From: Pseudomonadota bacterium
GTDB taxonomy: Bacteria > Pseudomonadota > Gammaproteobacteria > Steroidobacterales > Steroidobacteraceae
Reading direction: 5' to 3'
Length of the DNA: 64,000 nucleotides
Assembly (NCBI GenBank): GCA_037200665.1
Contig: JBBCGD010000002.1
Span: 252,161 to 316,160, forward strand
Under the pieces are notes generated by a model. The model saw only the letters and a list, made by a program, of their open reading frames with translations. It searched no databases and was not told the DNA's origin. Shown in pieces: positions 11,039 to 21,518 of the stretch; the stretch's first letter is position 1; each line of letters starts with the position of its first letter. Position numbers and translations under genes: made by a program.

Positions 11039-11408
11039 GGGAGCTGGCCGGGTGATCGCCGCGAAACATCGCAAGATGCGTAGGGGAGGAAAGTCCGGGC
11101 TCCAGTGGACAAGGTGCCAGGTAACGCCTGGGGGGCGCGAGCCCACGGAAAGTGCAACAGAGAGTAAACCGCCGAAGCATCGCAAGATGCTGGCAAGGGT
11201 GAAACGGTGCGGTAAGAGCGCACCGCGGACGTGGCAACACGGACGGCATGGCAAACCCCACCTGGAGCAAGGCCAAATAGGGAAGTCGCACGGCAACGTG
11301 CAGCGTGGGTCCCGCGTGCTTCCGGGTAGGCTGCTTGAGGGCTGCGGTGACGCAGCTCCTAGAGGAATGATCGCCCTCGACAAAACCCGGCTTACAGGCC
11401 AGCTCCCC
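11039..11408 (+). ncRNA. rnpB: RNase P RNA, bacterial type A
   Basis: Collinear with E. coli M1 RNA from memory: GGAGCUGGCCGG...GAGGAAAGUCCGGGCUCC...GGUGCCAGGUAACGCCUGGGGGG...CACGGAAAGUGCAACAGAGAG...GGUAAGAGCGCACCGC...AGCAAGGCCAAAUAGGG...CGGGUAGGCUGCUUGAG...ACAAAACCCGGCUUACAGGCCAGCUCC. The ends pair to form P1. Boundaries are good to about 3 nt. Confidence 0.93.
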
Positions 11409-11562
11409 CCTTCATTCCCTGCCGTAACTGACTTCGGCAATTCTTTTTATGAGCTTTCCGCTGCAAGTGCCGGAATCAAAAGGGATCTTCTGAGAAATCC
11501 CTCCCACTTTTCCAATCGCACGTAAGTCTTTGTGACATAACAAAAAAAATCCGGTCGCGCCG

Positions 11563-11591
11563 TTGACATAAGGACTCGCGGATTCCAATAT
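11563..11591 (+). promoter_or_regulatory. Candidate sigma70 promoter of the dcw operon (Pmra)
   Basis: TTGACA (11563..11568), a 17-nt spacer, then CAATAT (11586..11591), about 50 nt upstream of the mraZ ATG. Confidence 0.6.
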
Positions 11592-11599
11592 GGGGTCAA

Positions 11600-11624
11600 G
11601 TGGGTCTCAGTGGGTGGAAGTGGG
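11600..11624 (+). promoter_or_regulatory. Three direct GTGGG repeats with 10-nt periodicity (candidate MraZ operator)
   Basis: aaGTGGGtctcaGTGGGtggaaGTGGGtaat, with GTGGG at 11600, 11610 and 11620, between the candidate -10 and the mraZ start. Confidence 0.65.
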
Positions 11625-11642
11625 TAATCCCCGCCTCAAGGT

Positions 11643-12095
11643 ATGTTTCGCGGCGCAACTAAAGTTACTGTCGACGACAAGGGTCGTGTTGTGGTTCCGA
11701 CCCAACACCGCGACCAGCTTGCGTCGCCGGCCAACGGCCGCGTGGTCGTGACGGTCGACCGCGACCCGTGCCTGCGCATCTACGCCTTCCCCGAGTGGGA
11801 AAAGATCGAAGCCCAGCTCAACGCCATGCCGAGCCTGCATCCGCAGGCGCGCCGCCTGCAGCGGCTGATGATCGGCCATGCGCAGGAAATGACCATCGAC
11901 AGCCATGGTCGCATCGCGCTCACGCCCGAGCTGCGTGAGTACGCCAACCTCGGCCGCGCCGCATTCCTCGTCGGGCAGGGTCGCGGCCTCGAGCTCTGGG
12001 ACGAAGCGCGCTGGAAGCTGGAGCGCGACCAATGGACCAAGAGTGAACAGGGCGTGACCGAGCTCGCCACCGAGCTCAGCGGTCTGCAGCTCTGA
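11643..12095 (+). CDS. mraZ: Transcriptional regulator MraZ
   Basis: MFRGATKVTVDDKGRVVVPTQHRDQL... and a second SpoVT/AbrB-like repeat (IDSHGRIALTPELREYA). First gene of the dcw cluster. Confidence 0.95.
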   Translation: MFRGATKVTVDDKGRVVVPTQHRDQLASPANGRVVVTVDRDPCLRIYAFPEWEKIEAQLNAMPSLHPQARRLQRLMIGHAQEMTIDSHGRIALTPELREYANLGRAAFLVGQGRGLELWDEARWKLERDQWTKSEQGVTELATELSGLQL

Positions 12096-12120
12096 TGGCC
12101 CGCAAGCGGAGTACAGGACA

Positions 12121-13077
12121 TTGGCTGAGCACGCGCCGGTGCTTGTCGAAGAAGCGGTCGCGGCCCTCGCGATCGAACCCGCCGTTGAAGGGCGCCTGTA
12201 CGTCGATGCGACCTTCGGCCGCGGCGGGCATGCGGCGCGCATCCTGGGAGCCCTTGGACCACGGGATCGCCTGCTCGCGATCGACCGCGACCCAGCGGCA
12301 ATCGCCGCCGCTCGCGCGCGCTTCGACGCGGACCCGCGCCTTGTGGTGGTTCGCGCTGCGTTCGGTGCGCTCGAAGCACTGGTCGCGGCATATGGCGAAG
12401 GACGTGCCTGTCGCGGGGTTCTGTTCGACCTCGGCGTGTCTTCACCGCAGCTCGATGAAGCGGCCCGTGGATTCAGCTTCCAGCACGACGGTCCGCTCGA
12501 CATGCGCATGGACCCGGAGGGTGGCGAAAGCGCAGCCGCCTGGCTCGCTCGCGCCGACGGCGACGAGATCCGCGACGTGATCGGCGGACTCGGAGAAGAA
12601 CGCTTCGCCGGTCGCATCGCTCGCGCCATCGTTGAACAGCGGCAACTGGAGCCGATCACGACCACCGGCGGGCTTGCGGCGATAGTCGGGCGCGCGGTGC
12701 GTACGCGTGAAGCGGGCAAGAACCCGGCGACGCGCACCTTCCAGGCGATCCGCATGCACGTGAACGACGAACTCGGTGAGCTCGAGCGCGGGCTCGATGC
12801 CGCGCTCGCGGTGCTTGCGCCTGGCGGTCGCCTCGCGGCCATCAGCTTCCATTCGCTCGAAGACCGCATGGTCAAGCACTTCATGCGCACGCAGGCGCAG
12901 CCGGATCCGGCGTGGGCGCGCCTGCCCATCGCGCCACCATTCGCGCCGGCACTGCGCCTCGTTGGCAAGAAGCAGCGCGCGGGTGCGGCTGAGCTTGCCG
13001 TGAATCCGCGGGCGCGCTCGGCCATCCTGCGCGTGGCGGAGCGTCTCGACGCGCCGGCCGTCGGTGCGCGCGCGTGA
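12121..13077 (+). CDS. rsmH: 16S rRNA (cytosine1402-N4)-methyltransferase
   Basis: HAPVLVEEAV...YVDATFGRGGHA...DLGVSSPQLD...RGFSF...LDMRMD are RsmH/MraW motifs. TTG start as given in the track. Confidence 0.93.
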   Translation: MAEHAPVLVEEAVAALAIEPAVEGRLYVDATFGRGGHAARILGALGPRDRLLAIDRDPAAIAAARARFDADPRLVVVRAAFGALEALVAAYGEGRACRGVLFDLGVSSPQLDEAARGFSFQHDGPLDMRMDPEGGESAAAWLARADGDEIRDVIGGLGEERFAGRIARAIVEQRQLEPITTTGGLAAIVGRAVRTREAGKNPATRTFQAIRMHVNDELGELERGLDAALAVLAPGGRLAAISFHSLEDRMVKHFMRTQAQPDPAWARLPIAPPFAPALRLVGKKQRAGAAELAVNPRARSAILRVAERLDAPAVGARA

Positions 13078-13355
13078 TATCGATCTTCCGCCATTCGTGG
13101 TTCATCGCCGCGCTGCTGTGGTGTGCGGTGCTGGGCTCGGCAGCGGGCGCGATCTACACGCGCCATCGCGCGCGCGAGCAGTTCGTTGAACTCGAGCGCC
13201 TGAACCGCGAGCGTGACCAGCTCGAAGTCAGCTGGGGCCAGCTGCAGCTGGAGCAGAGTCTCTGGTCTGCACATGCCTATGTAGAAAGCGTCGCGGTTTC
13301 GCGCCTGAAGATGGCGGCGCCCGACCAGCGCGATATCCAGGTCGTGAAGCCGTGA
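13074..13355 (+). CDS. ftsL: Cell division protein FtsL
   Basis: 93 aa with a single TM helix followed by a coiled coil. Sits between rsmH and ftsI and overlaps both neighbours by 4 nt. Confidence 0.85.
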   Translation: MISIFRHSWFIAALLWCAVLGSAAGAIYTRHRAREQFVELERLNRERDQLEVSWGQLQLEQSLWSAHAYVESVAVSRLKMAAPDQRDIQVVKP

Positions 13356-15070
13356 GCCGCGAGCAGCGCGCCAGTGCGGGCAACTTCAAGTTGCGCGCGG
13401 GTTTCGCCTTCGTGCTGCTGGTGCTGGGCGCGGGCGGCCTGCTGGCGCGCGCCGTGGACCTGCAGCTGCTCAATCCCGAGTTCCTGATCAAGGAAGGTGA
13501 TGCGCGCTCGATGCGCGACGTGCCGACGCAGGCCGGCCGCGGTTCGATCTTCGATCGCAATGGCGATCCGCTGGCGGTGAGTACGCCGGTGGAATCGGTG
13601 TTCGCCGTACCGCAGGAGCTGAACCTGGTGCCGGATCGCTGGGACGCGCTGGCGCGCGTGCTGAAACGCGATCGCACTGAATTCAAGCAACGCATCTCGC
13701 GCAGCCAGGACCGCGGCTTCCTGTGGCTGGCGCGCCAGCTGCCGCCGAACGAAGTGCAGGCGGTGCGCGACCTCGACATCCCCGGCGTGTATTTCAAGCA
13801 GGAATCACGTCGCTACTACCCGCAGGCCGAAGTCACCGGCCACGTGCTCGGTGTCACCGACATCGACGACATGGGGCAGGAAGGCATCGAACTCGCGTGG
13901 GATTACCAGCTCGCCGGCCAGCCGGGCCGCAAGCGCGTGATCCAGGACCGCATGGGTCGCGTCGTGGAAGACGTGGAGAACATCAAGACCGCGCGCCCGG
14001 GCCGCGATCTCACCATCTCCATCGATTCGCGCATCCAGTACCTCGCGTATCGCGAACTGAAGCGTGCCATCGAAGCCAATCGCGCGCCCTCGGGCTCGGC
14101 GGTGGTGATCGATGTCACCACCGGCGAGATCCTCGCCATGGTCAACCAGCCGACGTTCAATCCCAACGATCGTTCGCAGCGTACGCCGGCGGTGTATCGC
14201 AATCGTGCGGCGACGGACTACCTCGAGCCGGGTTCGAGCATCAAGCCGTTCGTCGTGGCTGCGGCGCTGGAATCCGGGCGTTTCGATGCGGCGAGCGTCA
14301 TCGACACCAGCCCGATCCGGGTCGGTGATGAAGAGATCGTCGATGAGCATCCGTTCGGCCCGCTCAACCTTGCCGGTGTGCTCGCGAAGTCTTCCAACGT
14401 CGGCATGGCGCGCATCGCGCTCGATCTCGAGCCGCGCCTGATCTGGACCACGTTGTCGCAGCTGGGCTTCGGTCGCGTCACGGCGAGTCGATTCCCCGGT
14501 GAATCGGCAGGCGTGCTCTCGAACTACTCGGGCTGGCGCAAGGTGGCGATCTCGTCGTTGTCGCGCGGCTACGGCATCGCGGTGACGCCGCTGCAGCTGG
14601 CGCAGGCCTACGCGACGATCGGTGCGCTGGGCGTGGCGCGGCCGGTGTCGTTGCAGCGCGTGGAGCAAGCCGCGCCTGGCGAGCGCGTCATCTCCGAGGC
14701 GAATGCGCGCACGCTGATCACGCTGCTGGAATCGGTGGTGACCGATGGCACCGGCACCAAGGCCGCGATCCCTGGCTACCGCGTCGCCGGCAAGACCGGC
14801 ACCGCCAAGAAGACCGCCGATCGTGGCTACTACGACGATCGCTACACCGCCGTGTTCGGTGGCATCGCGCCGGCCAGCAATCCGCGCCTCGCCGCGGTCA
14901 TCGTGATCGATGATCCGAGCGCGGGTCACTACTACGGCGCTGATGTTTCGGCACCGGTGTTCTCCGCGGTAGTCGGCGGTTCGCTGCGCCTGCTGGGCGT
15001 GGCGCCCGATGTCACCACTGGCTCGGCGCTGGATCCGGCCACCGGTGTTTCGACGATGGTGAGCCGGTGA
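13352..15070 (+). CDS. ftsI: Peptidoglycan D,D-transpeptidase FtsI (PBP3)
   Basis: 572 aa with transpeptidase motifs (SSIKP = SxxK, SSN, KTGTA). Confidence 0.95.
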   Translation: MSREQRASAGNFKLRAGFAFVLLVLGAGGLLARAVDLQLLNPEFLIKEGDARSMRDVPTQAGRGSIFDRNGDPLAVSTPVESVFAVPQELNLVPDRWDALARVLKRDRTEFKQRISRSQDRGFLWLARQLPPNEVQAVRDLDIPGVYFKQESRRYYPQAEVTGHVLGVTDIDDMGQEGIELAWDYQLAGQPGRKRVIQDRMGRVVEDVENIKTARPGRDLTISIDSRIQYLAYRELKRAIEANRAPSGSAVVIDVTTGEILAMVNQPTFNPNDRSQRTPAVYRNRAATDYLEPGSSIKPFVVAAALESGRFDAASVIDTSPIRVGDEEIVDEHPFGPLNLAGVLAKSSNVGMARIALDLEPRLIWTTLSQLGFGRVTASRFPGESAGVLSNYSGWRKVAISSLSRGYGIAVTPLQLAQAYATIGALGVARPVSLQRVEQAAPGERVISEANARTLITLLESVVTDGTGTKAAIPGYRVAGKTGTAKKTADRGYYDDRYTAVFGGIAPASNPRLAAVIVIDDPSAGHYYGADVSAPVFSAVVGGSLRLLGVAPDVTTGSALDPATGVSTMVSR

Positions 15071-16539
15071 GCGGCATGCCGTTGTCGCGCCTGCTGGCGG
15101 GCATCGCCACGGCACCGCGCGACGTGCTGCTCACCGATGTCACGCTCGACAGTCGCGCGGTGCGTCCCGGTGCGGCTTTCCTCGCCTGTCGTGGCGCACG
15201 TCGGCATGGCCTCGAATTCGTGGCGGATGTTGCGCAGCGTGGTGCCGCCGCCATCCTGTGGGAGCCGGATGGCAGCACCCACGCGCCGACGCTGCAGTCG
15301 GACATCGTGCTCGCCGAGGTGCCGCAGCTGTCGCGTCGTGCGAGTGAACTCGCGGCGCGTTTCTTTGAATTTCCCTCGCAGCAGCTTGCAGTGATCGGCG
15401 TCACCGGCACGAACGGCAAGACCACCTGCGCCTGGCTGCTGGCGCAGGCGCTGGACGCAGTGGGTGGTTCGGCTGGCTATCTCGGCACGCTGGGCAGCAG
15501 CTTCCGCGGTGAACTGGTCGCGGGCGAGATGACCACGCCCGATGCCGTCACCGTGCAACGCCAGCTGGCGGATTTCCGTGCGCGCGGCGCGCGCCAGGTG
15601 GCGATGGAAGTTTCCTCGCATGGCCTGGCGCAGGCGCGTGTCGAGGCCGTGAGCTTCGATGCCGCGGTGTTCACCAACCTGACGCGGGACCACCTGGATT
15701 TCCACGGCGACATGGCGAGCTACGGCGCGGCCAAGGCCGGCCTGTTCGAGCGCAGTGAAGTGCGCCTGCGTGCCTTCAACGTGGACGATGCCTTCGGTGC
15801 GACGCTGGCCGCGCGTCCGCAGTTCACCGGCCGCATCGCCTGCAGTCGCACGGCAGCGGCCGGTGCGCCGTACCTGCTCGCGCACGACATCGACTACACC
15901 AGCAGCGGCACTTCCTTCGCGCTGGATTCAAGTTTCGGCAAGGCGCGGTGCGCGACCACGCTGCTCGGCGAGTTCAACGTGGACAACGTGCTGGCGGTGC
16001 TCGCCGTGCTGCTCGGCAGTGGCGTGGACCTGCGCACCGCCAGTGCGGCGCTCGCGCGGCTGCGCGCGCCATCCGGTCGCCTCGAAACCTTCACGCGCCC
16101 CGGCAGCGCTACCGCAGTGGTGGACTACGCACACACGCCCGATGCGCTCGACAAGGCGCTCGCGGTGCTGCGCCGTCATTGCAGGGGTGAGCTGACGGTG
16201 GTGTTCGGTTGCGGTGGTGATCGCGACCGTGGCAAGCGTCCGCAGATGGGCGCGATCGCCGCGCGCGGTGCGGACCGCATCGTGCTCACCGACGACAACC
16301 CGCGCACCGAAGACGGCGCGCGCATCATCGCCGACATCGAAGCGGGGCTCGCCGGCCAGTGCGCCACGGTGATCCGCGACCGCCGCGCCGCCATCGAGCA
16401 CGCGCTTGCCGATGCGGAGGCGGACGACCTGGTGCTCATCGCCGGCAAGGGCCACGAGGACTACCAGATCGTCGGCACCACGAAGCACTTCTTCAGCGAC
16501 CAGCAGGTGCTGCGCGAAGTACTGGGAATCGCGGCATGA
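15067..16539 (+). CDS. murE: UDP-N-acetylmuramoyl-L-alanyl-D-glutamate--2,6-diaminopimelate ligase
   Basis: GVTGTNGKTT P-loop, a DNPR motif (DDNPRTED), and its position in the dcw cluster. Confidence 0.95.
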   Translation: MSGMPLSRLLAGIATAPRDVLLTDVTLDSRAVRPGAAFLACRGARRHGLEFVADVAQRGAAAILWEPDGSTHAPTLQSDIVLAEVPQLSRRASELAARFFEFPSQQLAVIGVTGTNGKTTCAWLLAQALDAVGGSAGYLGTLGSSFRGELVAGEMTTPDAVTVQRQLADFRARGARQVAMEVSSHGLAQARVEAVSFDAAVFTNLTRDHLDFHGDMASYGAAKAGLFERSEVRLRAFNVDDAFGATLAARPQFTGRIACSRTAAAGAPYLLAHDIDYTSSGTSFALDSSFGKARCATTLLGEFNVDNVLAVLAVLLGSGVDLRTASAALARLRAPSGRLETFTRPGSATAVVDYAHTPDALDKALAVLRRHCRGELTVVFGCGGDRDRGKRPQMGAIAARGADRIVLTDDNPRTEDGARIIADIEAGLAGQCATVIRDRRAAIEHALADAEADDLVLIAGKGHEDYQIVGTTKHFFSDQQVLREVLGIAA

Positions 16540-17906
16540 AGCGCACCCTGCGTGATTTCGCGAGTATCTGCGGCGGCCGCTATGCAGGCGCGGATCTCGC
16601 CTACACCGGCGTGGCCACCGACACGCGCACGCTGGCGCGCGGCGAGCTGTACTTCGCGCTGCGTGGCGAGCGCTTCGATGGCAACCAGTTCGTCGATGCC
16701 GCGGCGGCGGCCGGCGCCGTGGCGGCGGTGGTGGATCGGTCCATCGCCAATGCGCCGCTGCCGCTGATCGAAGTGCAGGATGGCCAGGTCGCGCTCACCA
16801 GCGCCGCAGGCAGCTGGCGCGCGCGTTATGCGAATCCGGTCATCGGTGTCGGTGGCAGCAACGGCAAGACCACGGCGAAGGAAATGACCGCGGCCATCAT
16901 GGCGCGGCGTGGCAACGGCCTTTCCACCCGCGGCAACCTCAACAACCACATCGGCGTGCCGCTGACGCTGCTGCGCCTCGATGCGAAGCATGACAGCGCC
17001 GTGGTGGAGATCGGCACCAATCATCCCGGCGAGATCGCCGCGCTGATGAACATCGCGAAGCCCAATGTCGCGCTGATCACCAATGCGGGCGCCGAACACC
17101 TGGAAGGCTTCGGTGACCTCGATGGCGTGGCACGTGAAGAGGGCGAGATGGTGGCCGGGTTGTGGCCGGCTGGTGTTGCCGTCATCAATGCCGATGATCC
17201 TTACGCGGCGATGTGGCGCGGCATGACGCGCGCGCGCGTCTGCACCTTCGGCATCGACCGGCCTGCCGATTTCCATGCGACGCAGATCGACGAGACGCTG
17301 GCCGATGACGGTTTCCGCACCACTTACACGCTCAACGCTCCTCAGGGCCGTTGCACGGTGCGCCTCAACACCGGTGGCCGCCACAATGTGCGCAATTCAC
17401 TTGCCGCCGCCGCGGCTGCCGTCGCTGCGGGCGCGAGCCTCGAAGACGTCGCCACCGGCCTCGCCATGATGCAGCCGGTGAACGGCCGGCTCGTGCCGCG
17501 CCACACGAAGCAGGGTGCGCGCCTGCTCGACGATTCCTACAACGCCAATCCCAGCTCGATGACCGCGGGCATCGACGTACTGACGAGGCTTTCGGGCGAG
17601 CCCTGGCTCGTCATGGGCGACATGGGTGAACTCGGCGACAGCGCCCGCGCCAGCCACGAACAGATCGGCGCCTATGCGCGCGCGCGCGGCGTGCGCCGGC
17701 TGTTCGCTACCGGCAAGTTGTCGACGCTCGCAGTGGAGGCCTTCGGCAGCGGTGCGAGCTGGCATGCCGATACCGACGCCCTGGCGCGCGCCGTGGAAGC
17801 GGCGCTGTCTCCCGAGGTGACGCTGCTCGTGAAAGGTTCCCGCTCCGCGCGCCTGGAGCGCGTCGTGGCTCATTTGACCGGCGCCGTCGCCAAAGAGATG
17901 CATTGA
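16536..17906 (+). CDS. murF: UDP-N-acetylmuramoyl-tripeptide--D-alanyl-D-alanine ligase
   Basis: ATG at 16536 ([14 protein letters not shown]...) overlaps the murE stop. [11 protein letters not shown]-loop. The track ORF 16359.. is an upstream extension. Confidence 0.95.
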   Translation: MKRTLRDFASICGGRYAGADLAYTGVATDTRTLARGELYFALRGERFDGNQFVDAAAAAGAVAAVVDRSIANAPLPLIEVQDGQVALTSAAGSWRARYANPVIGVGGSNGKTTAKEMTAAIMARRGNGLSTRGNLNNHIGVPLTLLRLDAKHDSAVVEIGTNHPGEIAALMNIAKPNVALITNAGAEHLEGFGDLDGVAREEGEMVAGLWPAGVAVINADDPYAAMWRGMTRARVCTFGIDRPADFHATQIDETLADDGFRTTYTLNAPQGRCTVRLNTGGRHNVRNSLAAAAAAVAAGASLEDVATGLAMMQPVNGRLVPRHTKQGARLLDDSYNANPSSMTAGIDVLTRLSGEPWLVMGDMGELGDSARASHEQIGAYARARGVRRLFATGKLSTLAVEAFGSGASWHADTDALARAVEAALSPEVTLLVKGSRSARLERVVAHLTGAVAKEMH

Positions 17907-18994
17907 TCATGCTGTACTGGTTGACGCAGCAGCTCGCGCACGCGCACTCGTTCTTCAACGTGTTCTCGTACCTGTCGCTGCGCACGATCCTGGCGGTGAG
18001 CTCGGCGTTGCTGATTTCCCTCGTGATCGGTCCCGGCATGATCCGCTGGCTGTCGCGCTACCAGGTCGGCCAGCAGGTGCGCAGCGATGGCCCGCAGACG
18101 CACCTCAAGAAGGCCGGTACGCCCACCATGGGCGGTGCGCTGATCATCATCGCCATCTTCATCTCGACGCTGCTGTGGGCGGACCTGCGCAACCGCTTCG
18201 TGTGGATCGCCACCGGCGTGATGCTGTCCTGTGGTGCCGTCGGTTTCTACGACGACTACCTGAAGCTGGTGGTGAAGAACACCAAGGGCCTGGCGGCGCG
18301 CTGGAAGTATTCCTGGCTGTCGGTGGTGGCGATCGCTGCGGCGCTGCTGCTGTGGTACACGGCGAAGACGCCGGCCGAGACCACTTTCTACGTGCCGCTG
18401 TTCAAGCATGTGGCCGTGCCGATGATCGGCGCCGCTTACGTGGTGCTGACGTACCTGATGATCGTCGGCATGAGCAATGCGGTGAATCTCACCGACGGGC
18501 TCGATGGTCTGGCCATCATGCCTGCCGCGATGGTGGCCACTGCGCTCGGCATCTTCGCGTGGGCCACCGGCAATGCGATCTACGCGCCGTATCTTGGCAT
18601 TCCGGAAATTCCCGGCGCGGGCGAAGTGGCGATCTTCTGCGGCTCGATGGCGGGCGCGGGTCTCGGCTTCCTGTGGTTCAACACTTATCCGGCGCAGGTA
18701 TTCATGGGCGACGTCGGCGCGCTGGCGCTCGGCGGTGCGCTCGGCGTCGTCGCCGTGATCGTGCGCCAGGAACTGGTGGTGCTGTTGATGGGTGGCATCT
18801 TCGTGCTCGAGACCGCCTCGGTGATCCTGCAGGTGGCCTCGTTCAAGCTGCGCGGCAAGCGCATCTTCCGCATGGCGCCGATCCATCACCACTTCGAGCT
18901 GAAGGGGTGGGCCGAGCCCAAGGTCATCGTGCGCTTCTGGATCATCAGCCTGCTGCTGGTGCTGGCGGGTCTCGCGACCCTGAAGGTTCGTTGA
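17903..18994 (+). CDS. mraY: Phospho-N-acetylmuramoyl-pentapeptide transferase
   Basis: 363 aa polytopic protein. [13 protein letters not shown] and PIHHHFE motifs. Confidence 0.95.
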   Translation: MIMLYWLTQQLAHAHSFFNVFSYLSLRTILAVSSALLISLVIGPGMIRWLSRYQVGQQVRSDGPQTHLKKAGTPTMGGALIIIAIFISTLLWADLRNRFVWIATGVMLSCGAVGFYDDYLKLVVKNTKGLAARWKYSWLSVVAIAAALLLWYTAKTPAETTFYVPLFKHVAVPMIGAAYVVLTYLMIVGMSNAVNLTDGLDGLAIMPAAMVATALGIFAWATGNAIYAPYLGIPEIPGAGEVAIFCGSMAGAGLGFLWFNTYPAQVFMGDVGALALGGALGVVAVIVRQELVVLLMGGIFVLETASVILQVASFKLRGKRIFRMAPIHHHFELKGWAEPKVIVRFWIISLLLVLAGLATLKVR

Positions 18995-20319
18995 TGGCCA
19001 GACGCGCCGTCATCGCGGGGCTGGGCAAGACGGGTCAGTCGGTGATCCGCCACCTGCGCGCGCGCGGCTGGCAGGTGTCCGCCACCGATTCGCGCGCCGA
19101 GCCGCCGGGCATCGCGATGCTGCGCGCCGTGTATCCGGATCTGGCGCTCTCACTCGGCGCGCTCGATGCGCGGTTGCTCGCAGATGCCGATTGCGTGATC
19201 GCATCGCCGGGTCTGCCGCAGAAGGATCCGTTCTTCGTCGCCGCACGCGCACGCGGCATTGAAGTGATCGGCGACATCGAACTGTTCGCACGCAGCGGCG
19301 CGCAGCCCGTGGTCGGCATCACCGGCACCAATGGCAAGAGCACGGTGACCACGCTGGTGGCGCGCATGGCCGAGCGTGCCGGCCGCAAGGCGCGTGCTGG
19401 TGGCAACCTCGCGCCGCCCGCGCTGGACCTGCTCGAAGGCGGCCCGGCACAGCTCTACGTGCTGGAGCTGTCGAGCTACCAGCTCGAGACCACAGAATCG
19501 CTGCAGCTCACAGCCGCCACTGTGCTCAATGTGACACCGGACCACATGGACCGCTACGCCGGTCTCGATGCCTACGCCGCTGCGAAGGCGCGCATCTTCG
19601 AGCGCTGCGCCACGGCGGTGATCAACAGCGACGATCCGCTGGTGGTGGCGATGGCGCGCGCCGGCCAGCGCACGCTGACTTTTTCCATCGAGCCGCAACG
19701 CCAGGCCGACTACCACCTGTCGCTGGAAGCGGGCGGCGAATGGCTGTGCTGCCGCGGTGAGCGCCTGATGGCGATGGATGAGATGCACCTCGTCGGTCGC
19801 CACAACGCGGCCAATGCGCTGGCCGCACTCGCGCTGGGCGATGCACTGGGTCTCGATCGTTTCGCGATGTTGAGCGCGCTCGCCGATTTTCCCGGCCTGC
19901 CGCATCGAGCCGCGTTCGTGCGCGACTTCGCCGGCGTGCGCTACGTGAACGATTCCAAGGGCACCAACGTGGGCGCCACGCTTGCCGCAGTGGCTGGCTT
20001 CACTGGTCCACTGCTGCTGATTGCCGGCGGTGATGGCAAGGGACAGGACTTCACGCCACTGGCCCGCGCACTCGCCGGCAAGACGCGCCTGGTGCTGCTG
20101 ATCGGCCACGATGCCGCGCAGATCGAAGCCGTGCTCGCGGGCCACGTGCCCACCGAACGTTGCGCCACGCTCGAGGCCGCCGTGATCGCCGCCGCGCGCG
20201 CCGCGCAGCCTGGCGACACGGTATTGCTGTCGCCGGCCTGCGCCAGCCTCGACATGTTCCGTGACTACACCCAGCGCGGCGATGTCTTCGCCGATGCGGT
20301 GAAGAGGCTGGCAGCATGA
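18994..20319 (+). CDS. murD: UDP-N-acetylmuramoylalanine--D-glutamate ligase
   Basis: ATG at 18994 ([21 protein letters not shown]...) and GITGTNGKST. The track ORF 18175..20319 is a spurious 5' extension across mraY. Confidence 0.95.
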   Translation: MARRAVIAGLGKTGQSVIRHLRARGWQVSATDSRAEPPGIAMLRAVYPDLALSLGALDARLLADADCVIASPGLPQKDPFFVAARARGIEVIGDIELFARSGAQPVVGITGTNGKSTVTTLVARMAERAGRKARAGGNLAPPALDLLEGGPAQLYVLELSSYQLETTESLQLTAATVLNVTPDHMDRYAGLDAYAAAKARIFERCATAVINSDDPLVVAMARAGQRTLTFSIEPQRQADYHLSLEAGGEWLCCRGERLMAMDEMHLVGRHNAANALAALALGDALGLDRFAMLSALADFPGLPHRAAFVRDFAGVRYVNDSKGTNVGATLAAVAGFTGPLLLIAGGDGKGQDFTPLARALAGKTRLVLLIGHDAAQIEAVLAGHVPTERCATLEAAVIAAARAAQPGDTVLLSPACASLDMFRDYTQRGDVFADAVKRLAA

Positions 20320-21518
20320 GCGCAGCCGCCACCACACCGGTGCGCGATGCACGCAAGGGCGGGCTGATGCTCGACCCGCTGCTGATGCTCATCGTGCTGT
20401 CCATCGTGTTGCTGGGGCTCGTGATGGTGGCTTCGGCTTCCATCTCCATCGCCTCACAGCATGGTGGCGATCCGTTCAGCTACGTGAAGAGCCAGTTGTT
20501 CCTCGTGGCCGGCGGCATGACGCTGGCGCTGCTGCTGTCGATGGTGCCCACCGCGCTGTACGAGAAGCATGCCAACCTGCTGCTGATCGCCGCGGCCGTG
20601 CTGCTGATCGCGGTGCTGGTGCCCGGCCTTGGCCATGTGGTGAAGGGCAGCCGTCGCTGGGTGCGGCTCGGCATCTTCAACCTGCAGGCATCCGAGGCAG
20701 CGCGCGTGCTGGTGCTGTGCTGGATCGCCGCTTACTCGGTGCGTCGGGCCGAAGAACTGCGCACGACGTTCGGTGGCCTGGTGCGTCCGCTGCTGATTGT
20801 CGCGGGCTTCTGCGCACTGCTGCTGCTGGAGCCGGATTTCGGCGCGGCCACGGTGCTGTTCGCCACCGCCTTCGGCGTGCTGTTCCTCGCCGGCGCGCGA
20901 CTGCGCTGGGTACTGGTGTGCGTGCTTGGCGCGGGCAGTGTCTTCGGCCTGCTGATGGTGTCGGCCGGGTACCGCATGCGCCGGCTCACTTCCTTCCTCG
21001 ATCCCTGGGCGCATGCCTACGACAGCGGCTTCCAGCTGACGCAGTCGCTGATCGCCATTGGTCGTGGTGAATGGTTCGGCGTCGGTCTCGGCGAGAGCGT
21101 GCAGAAACTTTTCTACCTGCCCGAAGCGCATACCGACTTCCTGTTCGCTGTGCTGGCTGAAGAGCTTGGCCTCATGGGCGTGGTGGCGACGCTGGTGCTG
21201 TTCCTGCTGCTGGCCTGGCGTGTACTGCACATCGCGCGGCTCGCCTCGGATGCGGGCATGGCTTTCCAGGCCGCTATCGCTGCGTCGTTCGGCCTGTGGG
21301 TGGGCGTGCAGTCGCTGATCAACATCGGCGTGAACATGGGCGTGCTGCCGACGAAAGGCCTGACGCTGCCACTGATGAGCTATGGACGCAGCAGCATGCT
21401 GGTGACGCTGGCATGGCTCGGCCTGGTGCTGCGCGTGTACCACGAGGCGATGACGCGTACGCGCGGCTCGGCCAGCGCCGGCACGCGCCGTGCGCCGGTG
21501 GCGGAGGGCGCGGCATGA
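20316..21518 (+). CDS. ftsW: Cell division peptidoglycan polymerase FtsW (SEDS family)
   Basis: 400 aa multi-TM SEDS protein. PEAHTDFLFAVLAEELG motif. Confidence 0.93.
   Translation: MSAAATTPVRDARKGGLMLDPLLMLIVLSIVLLGLVMVASASISIASQHGGDPFSYVKSQLFLVAGGMTLALLLSMVPTALYEKHANLLLIAAAVLLIAVLVPGLGHVVKGSRRWVRLGIFNLQASEAARVLVLCWIAAYSVRRAEELRTTFGGLVRPLLIVAGFCALLLLEPDFGAATVLFATAFGVLFLAGARLRWVLVCVLGAGSVFGLLMVSAGYRMRRLTSFLDPWAHAYDSGFQLTQSLIAIGRGEWFGVGLGESVQKLFYLPEAHTDFLFAVLAEELGLMGVVATLVLFLLLAWRVLHIARLASDAGMAFQAAIAASFGLWVGVQSLINIGVNMGVLPTKGLTLPLMSYGRSSMLVTLAWLGLVLRVYHEAMTRTRGSASAGTRRAPVAEGAA

Noticed and set aside
11067-11190. Exact 13-nt repeat CATCGCAAGATGC at 11067-11079 and 11178-11190
   Set aside because: Both copies are GCAA-tetraloop hairpins (GCATC-gcaa-GATGC) inside RNase P RNA helices. 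They are not a dispersed repeat or an operator.
11607-13274. 555-aa minus-strand ORF over mraZ, rsmH and ftsL, and similar long antisense ORFs (759-1982, 13805-15115, 17870-18892, 19150-20352, 24823-25863, 32001-33260, 39991-41295, 60953-62188)
   Set aside because: All lie opposite well-supported genes and have the Arg/Ala/Pro/His-rich composition typical of non-coding frames in high-GC DNA.
18175-20319. 714-aa plus-strand ORF suggesting a very long MurD
   Set aside because: The first 819 nt overlap mraY in a different frame and translate to Arg/Gly/Ala-rich nonsense. Recognisable MurD begins at the ATG at 18994, which overlaps the mraY stop.
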